Origin: Edaphobacter sp. | GTDB taxonomy: Bacteria > Acidobacteriota > Terriglobia > Terriglobales > Acidobacteriaceae | Reading direction: 5' to 3' | Assembly: GCA_035483075.1 (NCBI GenBank) | Contig: DATHQG010000280.1 | Location: 317 to 64,316 of the forward strand | DNA length: 64,000 nucleotides | Part shown: piece by piece, positions 55,515-64,000 of the stretch | Position numbering within the stretch: position 1 is the first letter of the stretch | Layout: every line of letters starts with the position of its first letter | Position numbers and translations under genes: made by a program | Notes under the pieces: model-generated | What the model was told of the DNA's origin: nothing | What the model saw: the letters and a program-made list of their open reading frames with translations, nothing else | The model's database searches: none

Positions 55515-55678
55515 GCCTGCATCGCAGCGAATGCAGCCGCCGCTTTCGTAGGTCCTCATTTTGGCAATTTGGACGCCACAGTCCGATGATTGTTCCCAAA
55601 AAAGCCCTTTGATGAGTGGGTGAGTTCCGTCGGTGGAATATACCACCTCGTGACAGAGCAGAAATAGAGGCAGGAACG

Positions 55679-56701
55679 TTGAAGAAAATTATCAAGAGTG
55701 CATTGAAGCGTCTGAAGAGATGGCTCGTTGTAGGGGACGCGCATACAACAATGCTGCAGAATCGGCAGCTCCTGGGACGCATGGCAAGTTGGCAAGTCCG
55801 GTCCCAAAGGGTCATTTCTTCTCTTCAGGAGGTCGAATTTCAAGTGAGTTCCCAGTGTGGCGAAGACGGAATTATCGACTGGCTCATTGAACGCTTAGGG
55901 ATCCCTCCCGAATTACGCTCTTTCGTTGAGTTGGGCGTCGAAAATTACCGGGAAGCCAATACTCGCTTCCTGTTGCAAAATCGTAACTGGCGCGGGCTCA
56001 TTATGGATAGCAGCTCAGCCATGGTTGTCGCCGCCAGAGAAGATGCTCTATCTGGGGCGCACGATCTTACCGTGCTTCCGGCCTTCATTACGCGAGAGAA
56101 TATCAATGACCTGATTGCAAACGCCGGCTTCGGCGGCGATATCGGACTCCTGAGCATTGATCTCGATGGGAACGATTACTGGGTATGGGAAGCCGTACAT
56201 GCCGTTAATCCCGTTCTCTGCATCGTTGAATACAACGCGGTATTTGGTGACGTGCACCCGATCAGCACGCCGTATGACCGCAATTTCAACCGTATAAAGG
56301 CCCATCACAGCTACCTGTACTTCGGCGCTTCGATCGCAGCGCTTCGTTCTCTGGCTACGAAGAAAGGGTATCGGTTCGTCGGTACAAACTCCTCCGGCAA
56401 TGATGCGTTTTTTGTGCGTGAAGACTATGCGAAGTCGTTCGTAGACAGTTCGCTGCAGCAGATTCAGGCACTGCCATCCTTTTTCCGCGAATCGAGAGAC
56501 AGGTTCGGACGTCGGAACTACATCGGCGGGATCGAGCGGTTGAACCATATTGCGGAAATGCCTGTGGTCGATATTGAAACGAGCAAAACCCTCCGGCTGG
56601 GCGATCTGGAACCTATCTACAGCAATGATTGGCTGAAGTCCATGACGGGGAAGGCCGCAAACTATGGCGTTTCCGCGAATAGCAACTGCAACGTCGCTTA
56701 G
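55679..56701 (+). CDS. FkbM/Methyltransf_21-like protein of polysaccharide loci
   Basis: SQCGEDGII, FVELGV, ANTRFLL, LLSIDLDGNDYWVW and NDAFFVR; TTG start after GAGGCAGGA. Confidence 0.7.
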   Translation: MKKIIKSALKRLKRWLVVGDAHTTMLQNRQLLGRMASWQVRSQRVISSLQEVEFQVSSQCGEDGIIDWLIERLGIPPELRSFVELGVENYREANTRFLLQNRNWRGLIMDSSSAMVVAAREDALSGAHDLTVLPAFITRENINDLIANAGFGGDIGLLSIDLDGNDYWVWEAVHAVNPVLCIVEYNAVFGDVHPISTPYDRNFNRIKAHHSYLYFGASIAALRSLATKKGYRFVGTNSSGNDAFFVREDYAKSFVDSSLQQIQALPSFFRESRDRFGRRNYIGGIERLNHIAEMPVVDIETSKTLRLGDLEPIYSNDWLKSMTGKAANYGVSANSNCNVA

Positions 56702-56937
56702 CTGGAATTTCAATAGGCCGCCGTCTCAGATGCAATCATCCGCCTGGAACGGCACCGTTGCCGCTATCACTGGAAGGAGGCGTCAAGCTTCTCGCCCACC
56801 AAGAGCTAGATACCGCACATTCTTGCAGGTAAAGAGGAACACCCCTTACCTCTGACACTCTCAAATCGAGAACCTGTTGTAAATGGCGAGAGAATCTCAT
56901 TGCATGCGCAACAGATCCAAGGGAATCCATTCAGCAC

Positions 56938-57001
56938 AAACAAAAGAGTGACAATTCATTGACGAGCGAATGACACCGCGGCACTTGTGGTTGTTTACGG
57001 T
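56938..57001 (+). promoter_or_regulatory. 11-bp-phased TGACA array with -10 box (promoter 9)
   Basis: AAACA 56938, TGACA 56949, TGACG 56960, TGACA 56971; TACGGT at 56996 (+25). Confidence 0.8.
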
Positions 57002-57015
57002 GAAGAGAGAAGATT

Positions 57016-60000
57016 ATGCCGCAACCCTCCACCGTCGCCCGTGTCATCAGGATGTCTCGAAGGTGTCACTCGCAAGTGACTTCGTCTTGCGATCGAATGC
57101 CGCAACTCGCTGTGGTCGCGGCGGTATCCATGCTGGCGTTCACCCTTGTCTCCAACACTGCTGCGTATGGGCAGGTGCCCGGTGCCTCTTCTCCAATGCA
57201 GGGCCCACCCCCGATGCAAGGCACGGCCCAACCCCCAACGGGTGACAGCGGCAGTCTACCGACGGGATCGGTAGATAGCGGAAACACCGGGAGCGATCGC
57301 AGTGCGTTGGCAAGTCCCAGCACTTTAGCTGGTCCGGTGGCTCTCTCCTCTGACCAGATCATCCATATTCTGCAACAGAACCCCGATCTCGTGGTGGAAT
57401 TGAAGTCCCAAGTCGCTGACCGCCTGCAGCAACAGGGCACGCAGATCGATGCAAATGACATTTCGGATCAGATGCTCTACAGCGAAATCGAGACGAACGC
57501 TAACCTGCGGGCAAACGTCACGACATTCTTGCGGGCGCGCGGATACGTGTCCCAAGATGATCTTCAGGCCATGGGGTCGAGCGTCGGTGATGGGAGTGTT
57601 AATAGCGATTTGTTTCCTGGGCAGAACTCAGGATCGCCGGCCGGCGGCACAAACTCCGCCAGGCTCGCTGCGGACGCGGGCATCGATTCGGGGCTATCTC
57701 GCACGGACCAAAGCGACCTTCCCACGAGTTTGAGCCAGTCAATGGGATCCGTCAGCAACCGTCAGGGTGGCGATCAACGGCGAGGCCGTGAGGAGGTGAA
57801 CGCATCGACAGACCTGCCTAAGGTCCTTCGGCAGTCCGCACCGTACAACCTGCAATCGATGCGCGATCTATATACCCAAATTCCCGATCAGGCCGCTCCG
57901 TTGAAGCGTTTTGGTTCAGAGGTCTTCGTGAATCGGGACATTTCCGCTATGGCGCGCGGAGGCTCAGGCCGCGACACACCGCTCGATGTGCCTTTGGGGC
58001 CGGATTATGTTGTTGGCCCCGGGGACACGCTCACGATCAATATGTGGGGTGGGATGACCCAGAGCATCAGCCGTGTCGTTGATCGTGACGGCCGCATCCT
58101 GTTGCCCGATGCGGGCTCGCTCGACGTTGCTGGGCTCCCGCTACAGCGAGCAGAGGGCCTGATCGAAGGCGCGCTCAAAAAGCAGTATCGGGACGTACAG
58201 GTTACCGTCACGGTCTCGCGTCTGCGCTCGGTGCGAGTCTATGTAGTCGGCGATGTGCAGCGTCCCGGCGGATATGACATCAGCTCGCTAGCAACGCCGT
58301 TGAGTGCGTTGTATGCCGCCGGAGGCCCTACCTCAGTCGGTTCCCTCCGTGTCGTGCGCCACTATCGGGGCAAACAGCTGATTGAGGATGTCGATCTGTA
58401 CGACTTCTTACTTCATGGAGTTCGTAATGGGAGTGCCCGCTTTGAAAGCGGAGACACCCTACTCGTGCCTCCCGCAGGCCCTCAGGTGGCGATCTCAGGC
58501 GCGGTAAAGCGGCCTGCGATCTACGAGGTCAAGGACGACGAATCAACGCTCGTTTCAGTGATCAACGACGCGGGGGGCTTCACGGCCGCGGCCTCGCTCG
58601 GCCACATCACGATCGAGCGAATAGACGCCAATCGACAGCGCGAAACGGTAACTCTGAAGATTGTGGGCGCGGAGAGCTCTCAAACCGATCGCGATGCTAT
58701 CGCTGCGTTCCAGGTAAAGGACGGAGATCGAATTCGCGTTGCGCCAATCCTACCCTACAGCCAACGCGCCATCTATCTTGAAGGTCACGTCGTGCGTCCG
58801 GGTCGACTACCGTACACAGACGGCATGCGTCTGAGTGATGTGTTGCGTAGCTATCAGGACATACTGCCTGAGCCAGCGGTTCACGGTGAACTCATCCGTC
58901 TTGTTCCTCCGGATCTCCACGCAGAAACCATCGACTTCAATGTGCCCGAGGTGCTTATCGGGAATGCGAATTTCGATCTCCAGCCGTTCGACACGATCCG
59001 TATCCTCGGACGTTACGAGGTGGATGCGCCGAAGGTCACGATCCAGGGTGAGGTGCTGCGGCCGTCAACATACCCGCTGTCGAAGGGCATGACTGCCGCA
59101 CAGCTTGTGCGCATCGCAGGAGGTTTCAAGCGCGATGCTCTGCTCGAGAGCGCAGACCTGACTAGCTACGGGGTCATGAACGGAAATCGGATCATCGGAA
59201 GTCTCGCGACAGTGCGTATTGGGGCAGCGGTTGCCGGAACGGACCCTGGTGCAGACGTGCCGCTCAAGCCTGGCGACATTCTGACCATTCATCAGATCAC
59301 GGGATGGAACGAGATTGGCGAGTCTGTGACGATAGTGGGCCAGGTCAGGTTTCCAGGAACATACGGCTTTCAGGAAGGCGAACGTCTTAGCTCCGTTCTG
59401 CGCCGCGCCGGAGGGTTTCGTGAAACGGCCTATCCAGCAGGAGCAGTGCTGGTGCGAGAGCAGGTGCGCGAGCTCGAACAAAAGAGTCGCGAAGAGCTGA
59501 TCAGACAGATCGAGACCAGTTCTGCTGCCGCCCGCCTTTCGCCGAATCTGGGATCGAGCGATTCGGGGGCAGCGCTAAAACTTATTCAGGTGCAACAGGA
59601 CCAGGTGGTATCGGAATTGAAGAGCAAGCCACCCAGTGGCCGCCAGGTTGTCCACATCACTGCCGATATCGATAGCTGGGCGAATACGCCCGTAGACATC
59701 GAGTTGCGCCGAGGAGACGTGCTAACAATTCCGAAGCGTCCCAGCTTTGTTCTTGTGACTGGCCAAGTCTATAACGTCACTGCGCTGACTTTTACTCCGG
59801 GCAAGACGGCGGGATGGTATCTGCAACATGCGGGTGGGACTAGCGACACCGCTAACCGCAAAGAGATTTTTGTAATCCGAGCCAACGGTTCAGTCATCGG
59901 CCGTCACTCGGGCGGTCCGGCCGTGCTCTCAACCAAACTTGACCCCGGGGATGTCGTTGTCGTGCCACAGAAAGTGATAGGAGCTTCCGTCTTCTGGAAA

Positions 60001-60066
60001 AATCTGCTGGCAACCGCGCAGCTCGCAACTTCTATCGCCATCACCGCAGGAATAGCGAACCTCTAA
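57016..60066 (+). CDS. Polysaccharide export protein with multiple SLBB repeats (Wza/KpsD-like)
   Basis: DYVVGPGDTL Poly_export motif; repeated VxGxVxxPGxY...AGG SLBB units. Confidence 0.92.
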   Translation: MPQPSTVARVIRMSRRCHSQVTSSCDRMPQLAVVAAVSMLAFTLVSNTAAYGQVPGASSPMQGPPPMQGTAQPPTGDSGSLPTGSVDSGNTGSDRSALASPSTLAGPVALSSDQIIHILQQNPDLVVELKSQVADRLQQQGTQIDANDISDQMLYSEIETNANLRANVTTFLRARGYVSQDDLQAMGSSVGDGSVNSDLFPGQNSGSPAGGTNSARLAADAGIDSGLSRTDQSDLPTSLSQSMGSVSNRQGGDQRRGREEVNASTDLPKVLRQSAPYNLQSMRDLYTQIPDQAAPLKRFGSEVFVNRDISAMARGGSGRDTPLDVPLGPDYVVGPGDTLTINMWGGMTQSISRVVDRDGRILLPDAGSLDVAGLPLQRAEGLIEGALKKQYRDVQVTVTVSRLRSVRVYVVGDVQRPGGYDISSLATPLSALYAAGGPTSVGSLRVVRHYRGKQLIEDVDLYDFLLHGVRNGSARFESGDTLLVPPAGPQVAISGAVKRPAIYEVKDDESTLVSVINDAGGFTAAASLGHITIERIDANRQRETVTLKIVGAESSQTDRDAIAAFQVKDGDRIRVAPILPYSQRAIYLEGHVVRPGRLPYTDGMRLSDVLRSYQDILPEPAVHGELIRLVPPDLHAETIDFNVPEVLIGNANFDLQPFDTIRILGRYEVDAPKVTIQGEVLRPSTYPLSKGMTAAQLVRIAGGFKRDALLESADLTSYGVMNGNRIIGSLATVRIGAAVAGTDPGADVPLKPGDILTIHQITGWNEIGESVTIVGQVRFPGTYGFQEGERLSSVLRRAGGFRETAYPAGAVLVREQVRELEQKSREELIRQIETSSAAARLSPNLGSSDSGAALKLIQVQQDQVVSELKSKPPSGRQVVHITADIDSWANTPVDIELRRGDVLTIPKRPSFVLVTGQVYNVTALTFTPGKTAGWYLQHAGGTSDTANRKEIFVIRANGSVIGRHSGGPAVLSTKLDPGDVVVVPQKVIGASVFWKNLLATAQLATSIAITAGIANL

Positions 60067-60120
60067 GGGCGCCATGATTGCAATGCTCAACAACGCGCTC
60101 ATTCATACGAGGCCAAAACC

Positions 60121-61443
60121 ATGAGTCCCACGATCATGACCTCATCTTCGAACGAGATCGAACAGATGCTGGCGACCCCGCCTGCTAACTGGGTTGGGCG
60201 GGCGACGCTGCTGTGGAAGTATCGTCGAACTCTTGTACGCGTGACGGCGGTCGCGCTGGTTGTAAGCCTCGGTATAGCGTTCGTAATACCCAAGCGGTAC
60301 AAGGCGGTCACGAGCATTATGCCGCCCGATCAACAGGGTTCAGGCGCGATGTTGCTTGCGGCACTCGCCGGCCGCTCTGGTGGGCTTGGCAGCCTCGGCA
60401 GTCTTGCTGGAGGCCTATTCGCCGGTCATCCCACCGCGGCACTCTACGAGAACCTACTGGAAAGCGGGACCGTCAGTAGCCATCTGATTGACCGCTTCCA
60501 TTTGCAGCAGGTCTATCACACACGTTATCGCTTCAGCACCGCCAAGCACCTGGCGCGTCTCACGACCATCACCGATGACAAGAAAAGCGGCGTGATCACC
60601 ATCGCAGTCCAGGACACGGACCCCGTACGCGCTCGTGACATGGCGCAGGGCTATCTCGACGAGTTGAATAACCTGCTCACACGAACCAGCACTTCCTCTG
60701 CTCATCAGGAGCGCATCTTCATTGAGAGCCGTCTTCATTCCGTTGGAGCGGACCTCGAACAGGCCCAGCTTGCGCTGGGTGAGTTTTCAAGCAACAACAG
60801 CACCATCGATATCAGAGAACAGACCCGTGGTCTGGTAGATGCGGGCGCGCGGGTACAAGGGGAACTCCTGGTTGAGCAGGCCGGCCTGCAATCGCTGCGT
60901 CAGATCTATGGGGACGGGAACGTGCGTGTGCGTGAAACGGAGGCACGCATCGCGTCTCTCCAACGCGACCTGCAGAAAATGACAGGTTCCTCTGCCCCTT
61001 TGGCTTCTGGCGATGCGGGTGTCGATCATGCGACGCCCGACGCCAAAGATAGCGGCGAGCTCTATCCACCTCTCCGGCAGCTTCCGCGTCTTGCGGTCCC
61101 GTATGCCGATCTCTATCGCCGTGTGAAGGTCCAGGAGACAGTATTCGAACTCCTCACGCAACAGTACGAGATGGCCCGCATCGAGGAGGCGAAAGACGTT
61201 CCCGCTGTCAACGTGATCGACCCTCCAGGGGTACCCGAAAAGAAGTCCTTCCCGCCCCGTTTGTTGCTCACTCTACTGCTTACGTTTCTTTCGTTCGCTG
61301 GGGCGGCGACTCTGATTCTGATGCGCGAACGCTGGTCGAGAGTCGACTCGGGCGATCCTCGCAAGAGACTTGCAGTTGAAGTTGTCTCCGTATTGAGCAA
61401 ACGGATTCGCTCAGTTTTTGGGCCGGGGCGAGGTGTCGTGTGA
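60121..61443 (+). CDS. Polysaccharide chain-length determinant / co-polymerase (Wzz/GumC-like)
   Basis: N- and C-terminal TMs, PKRYKA, coiled coil and VIDPPGVPEKKSFPPR. Confidence 0.88.
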   Translation: MSPTIMTSSSNEIEQMLATPPANWVGRATLLWKYRRTLVRVTAVALVVSLGIAFVIPKRYKAVTSIMPPDQQGSGAMLLAALAGRSGGLGSLGSLAGGLFAGHPTAALYENLLESGTVSSHLIDRFHLQQVYHTRYRFSTAKHLARLTTITDDKKSGVITIAVQDTDPVRARDMAQGYLDELNNLLTRTSTSSAHQERIFIESRLHSVGADLEQAQLALGEFSSNNSTIDIREQTRGLVDAGARVQGELLVEQAGLQSLRQIYGDGNVRVRETEARIASLQRDLQKMTGSSAPLASGDAGVDHATPDAKDSGELYPPLRQLPRLAVPYADLYRRVKVQETVFELLTQQYEMARIEEAKDVPAVNVIDPPGVPEKKSFPPRLLLTLLLTFLSFAGAATLILMRERWSRVDSGDPRKRLAVEVVSVLSKRIRSVFGPGRGVV

Positions 61444-62780
61444 GAAACCACCTCACGAACGCCATCTACGGCATCCTGGACTACGCTTCGTACCCATTTG
61501 GAATGCTCCTGGTGGCTCCAATCGTTCTGCACAAGCTCGGTGCTTCAGAGTACGGGATATGGATGATCGCCACGGCTGTGGTCAGTGCCGGAGGCATCAT
61601 CGCTTCCGGTTTCTGCGATGCCAACATTCAGCGCGTTGCCCGGCTTCGCGGTGCCGGCGAGACAGATTCAATGGTGTATGCAGTGCGCAGCATGCTGGGC
61701 ATCAACCTAGTGCTTGGCTTCACGCTCGCAGTTGTTGTCTGGACAGCAGCGCCTTATGCCGCTCGCCACATTGCGGTTTCGCGCCTCACTCCAATAAGGG
61801 AGTGTCTGATCTGTATTCGTATCGCGAGTGTGCTGATCATGGTGCGTGCTGTTGAGAGCGTCGGCGTCAGCACACAGCGCGCCTTCGAACAATACCGGGG
61901 AACAGTGCAGATCAGCACTGCTGTCCGGCTACTGACGCTCGCGTCAGCAGCGCTGCTCGTGCTGTCAGGACGTCGCACAGTAAGCATCCTGGCGGCCACC
62001 GCTGTTCTTCTGGTGTTGGGCACGTACATGCAGTTCCGCCAGCTTCGCAAGTTTCTCGGGGACGTTTCCTTATGGCCGGCCTTTCAAGCCGAGGAAACGC
62101 GAGTGCTGCTGGGTTTCGGTGTGTTCGCTTGGTTGCAGGCATTGGGTAGCGTGGTCTTCGGACAGTTCGATCGAATCCTTTTGGGCGTCTCTCTGGGTGC
62201 TTTGGCCGTCGCGCCCTATGCATTGTGTATACAGTTCGCACAGCCCATCTTCGGGCTCACTGCCTCTGGCCTCAATTTTCTTTTCCCCTACCTTTCGGGA
62301 CGCGCCAGCACGATCTCGAGCGCCGCGCTGAAACGAATCTTGCTGAAAGCTTTCCTTTGTAACTTGCTGATGGTTGCCTGCGGTGCGTGCACGTTGCTTT
62401 TCTTCGGAGGCCGACTCATTCGGATCTGGGCCGGCCCAACAGTAGCGCACAGTGCGGCAGGGATCCTTCCACCGATCGTGATTGGCTCAGCCTTGATGGG
62501 ACTCGGTGTGACCGGGACCTACGCCATGCAGGCGCTTGGCCATTTCAGGACCGTAGCTTGCATCAGTCTTGGTGGAAGAACGGCGATGTTGCTGTTGATG
62601 ATTTATCTGCTGCACCACATGGGACTCCAGGGATTGGCAATAGCGCGCGTCTGCTACGGTGCGGTCGCCTTATTGGTGTATCTGCCTTTGTTGCGCCAGC
62701 TAGGCATTGGGCAGAGAGAGGGGGGCTCCGTCTCGCCCCTCGGGATCCCTTGCGAGATTCGGGAGGGATCGAAGCTATGA
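61440..62780 (+). CDS. Oligosaccharide flippase (Wzx-like)
   Basis: LGASEYGIW and FDRILLG...LAVAPY; about 12 TMs; GTGA overlap with the upstream gene. Confidence 0.85.
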   Translation: MRNHLTNAIYGILDYASYPFGMLLVAPIVLHKLGASEYGIWMIATAVVSAGGIIASGFCDANIQRVARLRGAGETDSMVYAVRSMLGINLVLGFTLAVVVWTAAPYAARHIAVSRLTPIRECLICIRIASVLIMVRAVESVGVSTQRAFEQYRGTVQISTAVRLLTLASAALLVLSGRRTVSILAATAVLLVLGTYMQFRQLRKFLGDVSLWPAFQAEETRVLLGFGVFAWLQALGSVVFGQFDRILLGVSLGALAVAPYALCIQFAQPIFGLTASGLNFLFPYLSGRASTISSAALKRILLKAFLCNLLMVACGACTLLFFGGRLIRIWAGPTVAHSAAGILPPIVIGSALMGLGVTGTYAMQALGHFRTVACISLGGRTAMLLLMIYLLHHMGLQGLAIARVCYGAVALLVYLPLLRQLGIGQREGGSVSPLGIPCEIREGSKL

Positions 62781-63964
62781 AGATCCTGGTGACGGCCGCT
62801 TCGTTCTCTTCCAAAATCTCCGGAGTCCAGCGCCATGCCTTCAATGTGGTACGGTGCCTTTTGCTGCATCCGGATATTTCGGCCGTACACCTTGTTGTCG
62901 CACCGTGGCAACGCGAGCTAGTGGAGGCCGCGGGCCTGGGTGCCGACGGCCGGCTCTCGACCTATATAGCCGATATGGGCAAGAGCTCTCTCAGTCGAAA
63001 TCTTTGGTACTATCGGCAGCTTCCGGCACTGGTTGCGCGGCTGCAACCCGATCTGGTCCATCTTTCCTATCCCGTGCCTGTCGACAGAGAGTCTCTCGCC
63101 TGTCCAACGGTTGTGAGCCTGCACGACCTCTATCCCTATGAGATTCCTCGAAATTTCGGTTTTCCACAAGTCATTTTCAACCGCCTGATCTTGCGGCTTT
63201 GTCTCCGAAGAGTCGATGCGATTGCTTGCGTCTCCGAAACGACGATGCTTCGGATGAAGCAGTATGAGTCGCGTCGAATGTGGCGCAAAGCGGTCCGAGT
63301 CTATAACTGCGTTGAGCCCGAGCCGCTCTGCGCCCTACGCTCTCCCATACCAGATTGGCGGGACGAGCCGTTCCTGCTCAGCATTGCGCAGCATCGGCGA
63401 AACAAGAACATTCCTCTGCTGGTTCGAGCGTTTCATCGCTTACTGCGCCAGGGCCAGATTGCTCCGGCAACGAAGCTGGTCATCGTCGGCATCGCCGGAC
63501 CCGAGACTCGCCGCATTTATGAGCTGGTAGCTCGCTGCGGTTTGAGTCACAGCGTGCTTTTCCTAGAAGGACTGTCGGAGGCAGAGTTGCAGTGGTGTTA
63601 CGCGCGATGTGAAGCACTCGTAGCTCCTTCAAAAACGGAAGGCTTTGGTTTACCTGTTGCGGAGGCACTTCTCGCCGGTTGTCGCGTTATCTGTTCGGAC
63701 ATACCCGCGTTTCGGGAAGTTGGTGGCGCGCATTGCCGATTCGTCGCGTTAGGAACAGATGCAGAGGAGGAATTGGCGGCGGGGATCGTGGCAACGCTTC
63801 GAGAGCCCGCAAAAATGCCCGTATCTCTTCCGCACCTCTCAGCTGAAGTTCTTGCGAACCAGTATGTGAGTCTCTACTGCGGACTTATACCGTCTTCTGC
63901 ATCTGCACAGAACCCAATGTGCGCCGCATTGATCCAGGTAGCACCAGAAAGGCAGTCCCTATGA
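62777..63964 (+). CDS. GT4 family glycosyltransferase
   Basis: SLHDL, KNI and EGFGLPVAEA (E-x7-E) motifs, SDIPAFRE; ATGA overlap with the flippase. Confidence 0.92.
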   Translation: MKILVTAASFSSKISGVQRHAFNVVRCLLLHPDISAVHLVVAPWQRELVEAAGLGADGRLSTYIADMGKSSLSRNLWYYRQLPALVARLQPDLVHLSYPVPVDRESLACPTVVSLHDLYPYEIPRNFGFPQVIFNRLILRLCLRRVDAIACVSETTMLRMKQYESRRMWRKAVRVYNCVEPEPLCALRSPIPDWRDEPFLLSIAQHRRNKNIPLLVRAFHRLLRQGQIAPATKLVIVGIAGPETRRIYELVARCGLSHSVLFLEGLSEAELQWCYARCEALVAPSKTEGFGLPVAEALLAGCRVICSDIPAFREVGGAHCRFVALGTDAEEELAAGIVATLREPAKMPVSLPHLSAEVLANQYVSLYCGLIPSSASAQNPMCAALIQVAPERQSL

Positions 63965-64000
63965 AGGCAACAGAGTGCAGGCCCGCAGCCCACGTCCTTG
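63961..64000 (+). CDS. Start of the next gene in the operon (truncated by the window edge)
   Basis: ATGA overlap with the GT4 stop; frame MKATECRPAAHVL is open to the edge. Confidence 0.5.
   Translation, partial: MKATECRPAAHVL

Noticed and set aside
37665-57001. Calling the arrays Pho boxes or CusR/CopR boxes
   Set aside because: The orientation is opposite to the canonical Pho box relative to transcription. CusR-type boxes are palindromic (TGACA...TGTCA), not direct repeats. The regulator is left unassigned.

Overview
Bacterial chromosomal window, most likely from an Acidobacteriota (Terriglobales-like) soil organism. The basis is the ADOP permease plus acidobacterial PadR pair, the GWxTD protein and the short intergenic repeats. 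Positions 1-26 kb are mostly core metabolism and envelope genes: acyl-CoA ligase, pfkA, pepQ-accB-accC-thiE, two APC permeases, a MacA-like adaptor with an orphan ABC ATPase, and a GWxTD protein. Positions 26-37 kb hold PadR/ADOP, DUF4436 and a complete RND efflux operon. From about 37.6 kb to the right edge lies a large accessory locus. Its tailoring part encodes an NTP_transf_5 nucleotidyltransferase, several SAM methyltransferases, an unaccompanied GTP cyclohydrolase II, a B12-binding radical SAM enzyme, an amidohydrolase, a GT1, a GT87-TolB fusion, an HPr-kinase-like P-loop protein, a PhyH dioxygenase, an ABC exporter, and a porin with a monoheme cytochrome c. This is joined to a Wza/Wzz/Wzx/GT4 polysaccharide export module. 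The strongest signal read directly from the DNA is nine promoters in this locus with one architecture: 3-4 TGACA-like pentamers phased at exactly 11 bp, then a TANNNT -10 box 25-26 nt after the start of the last repeat. This ties the differently oriented genes into one probable activator-controlled regulon. No tRNA, rRNA, CRISPR array, integrase or transposase was seen. All product calls come from motifs read by eye; no database search was run.
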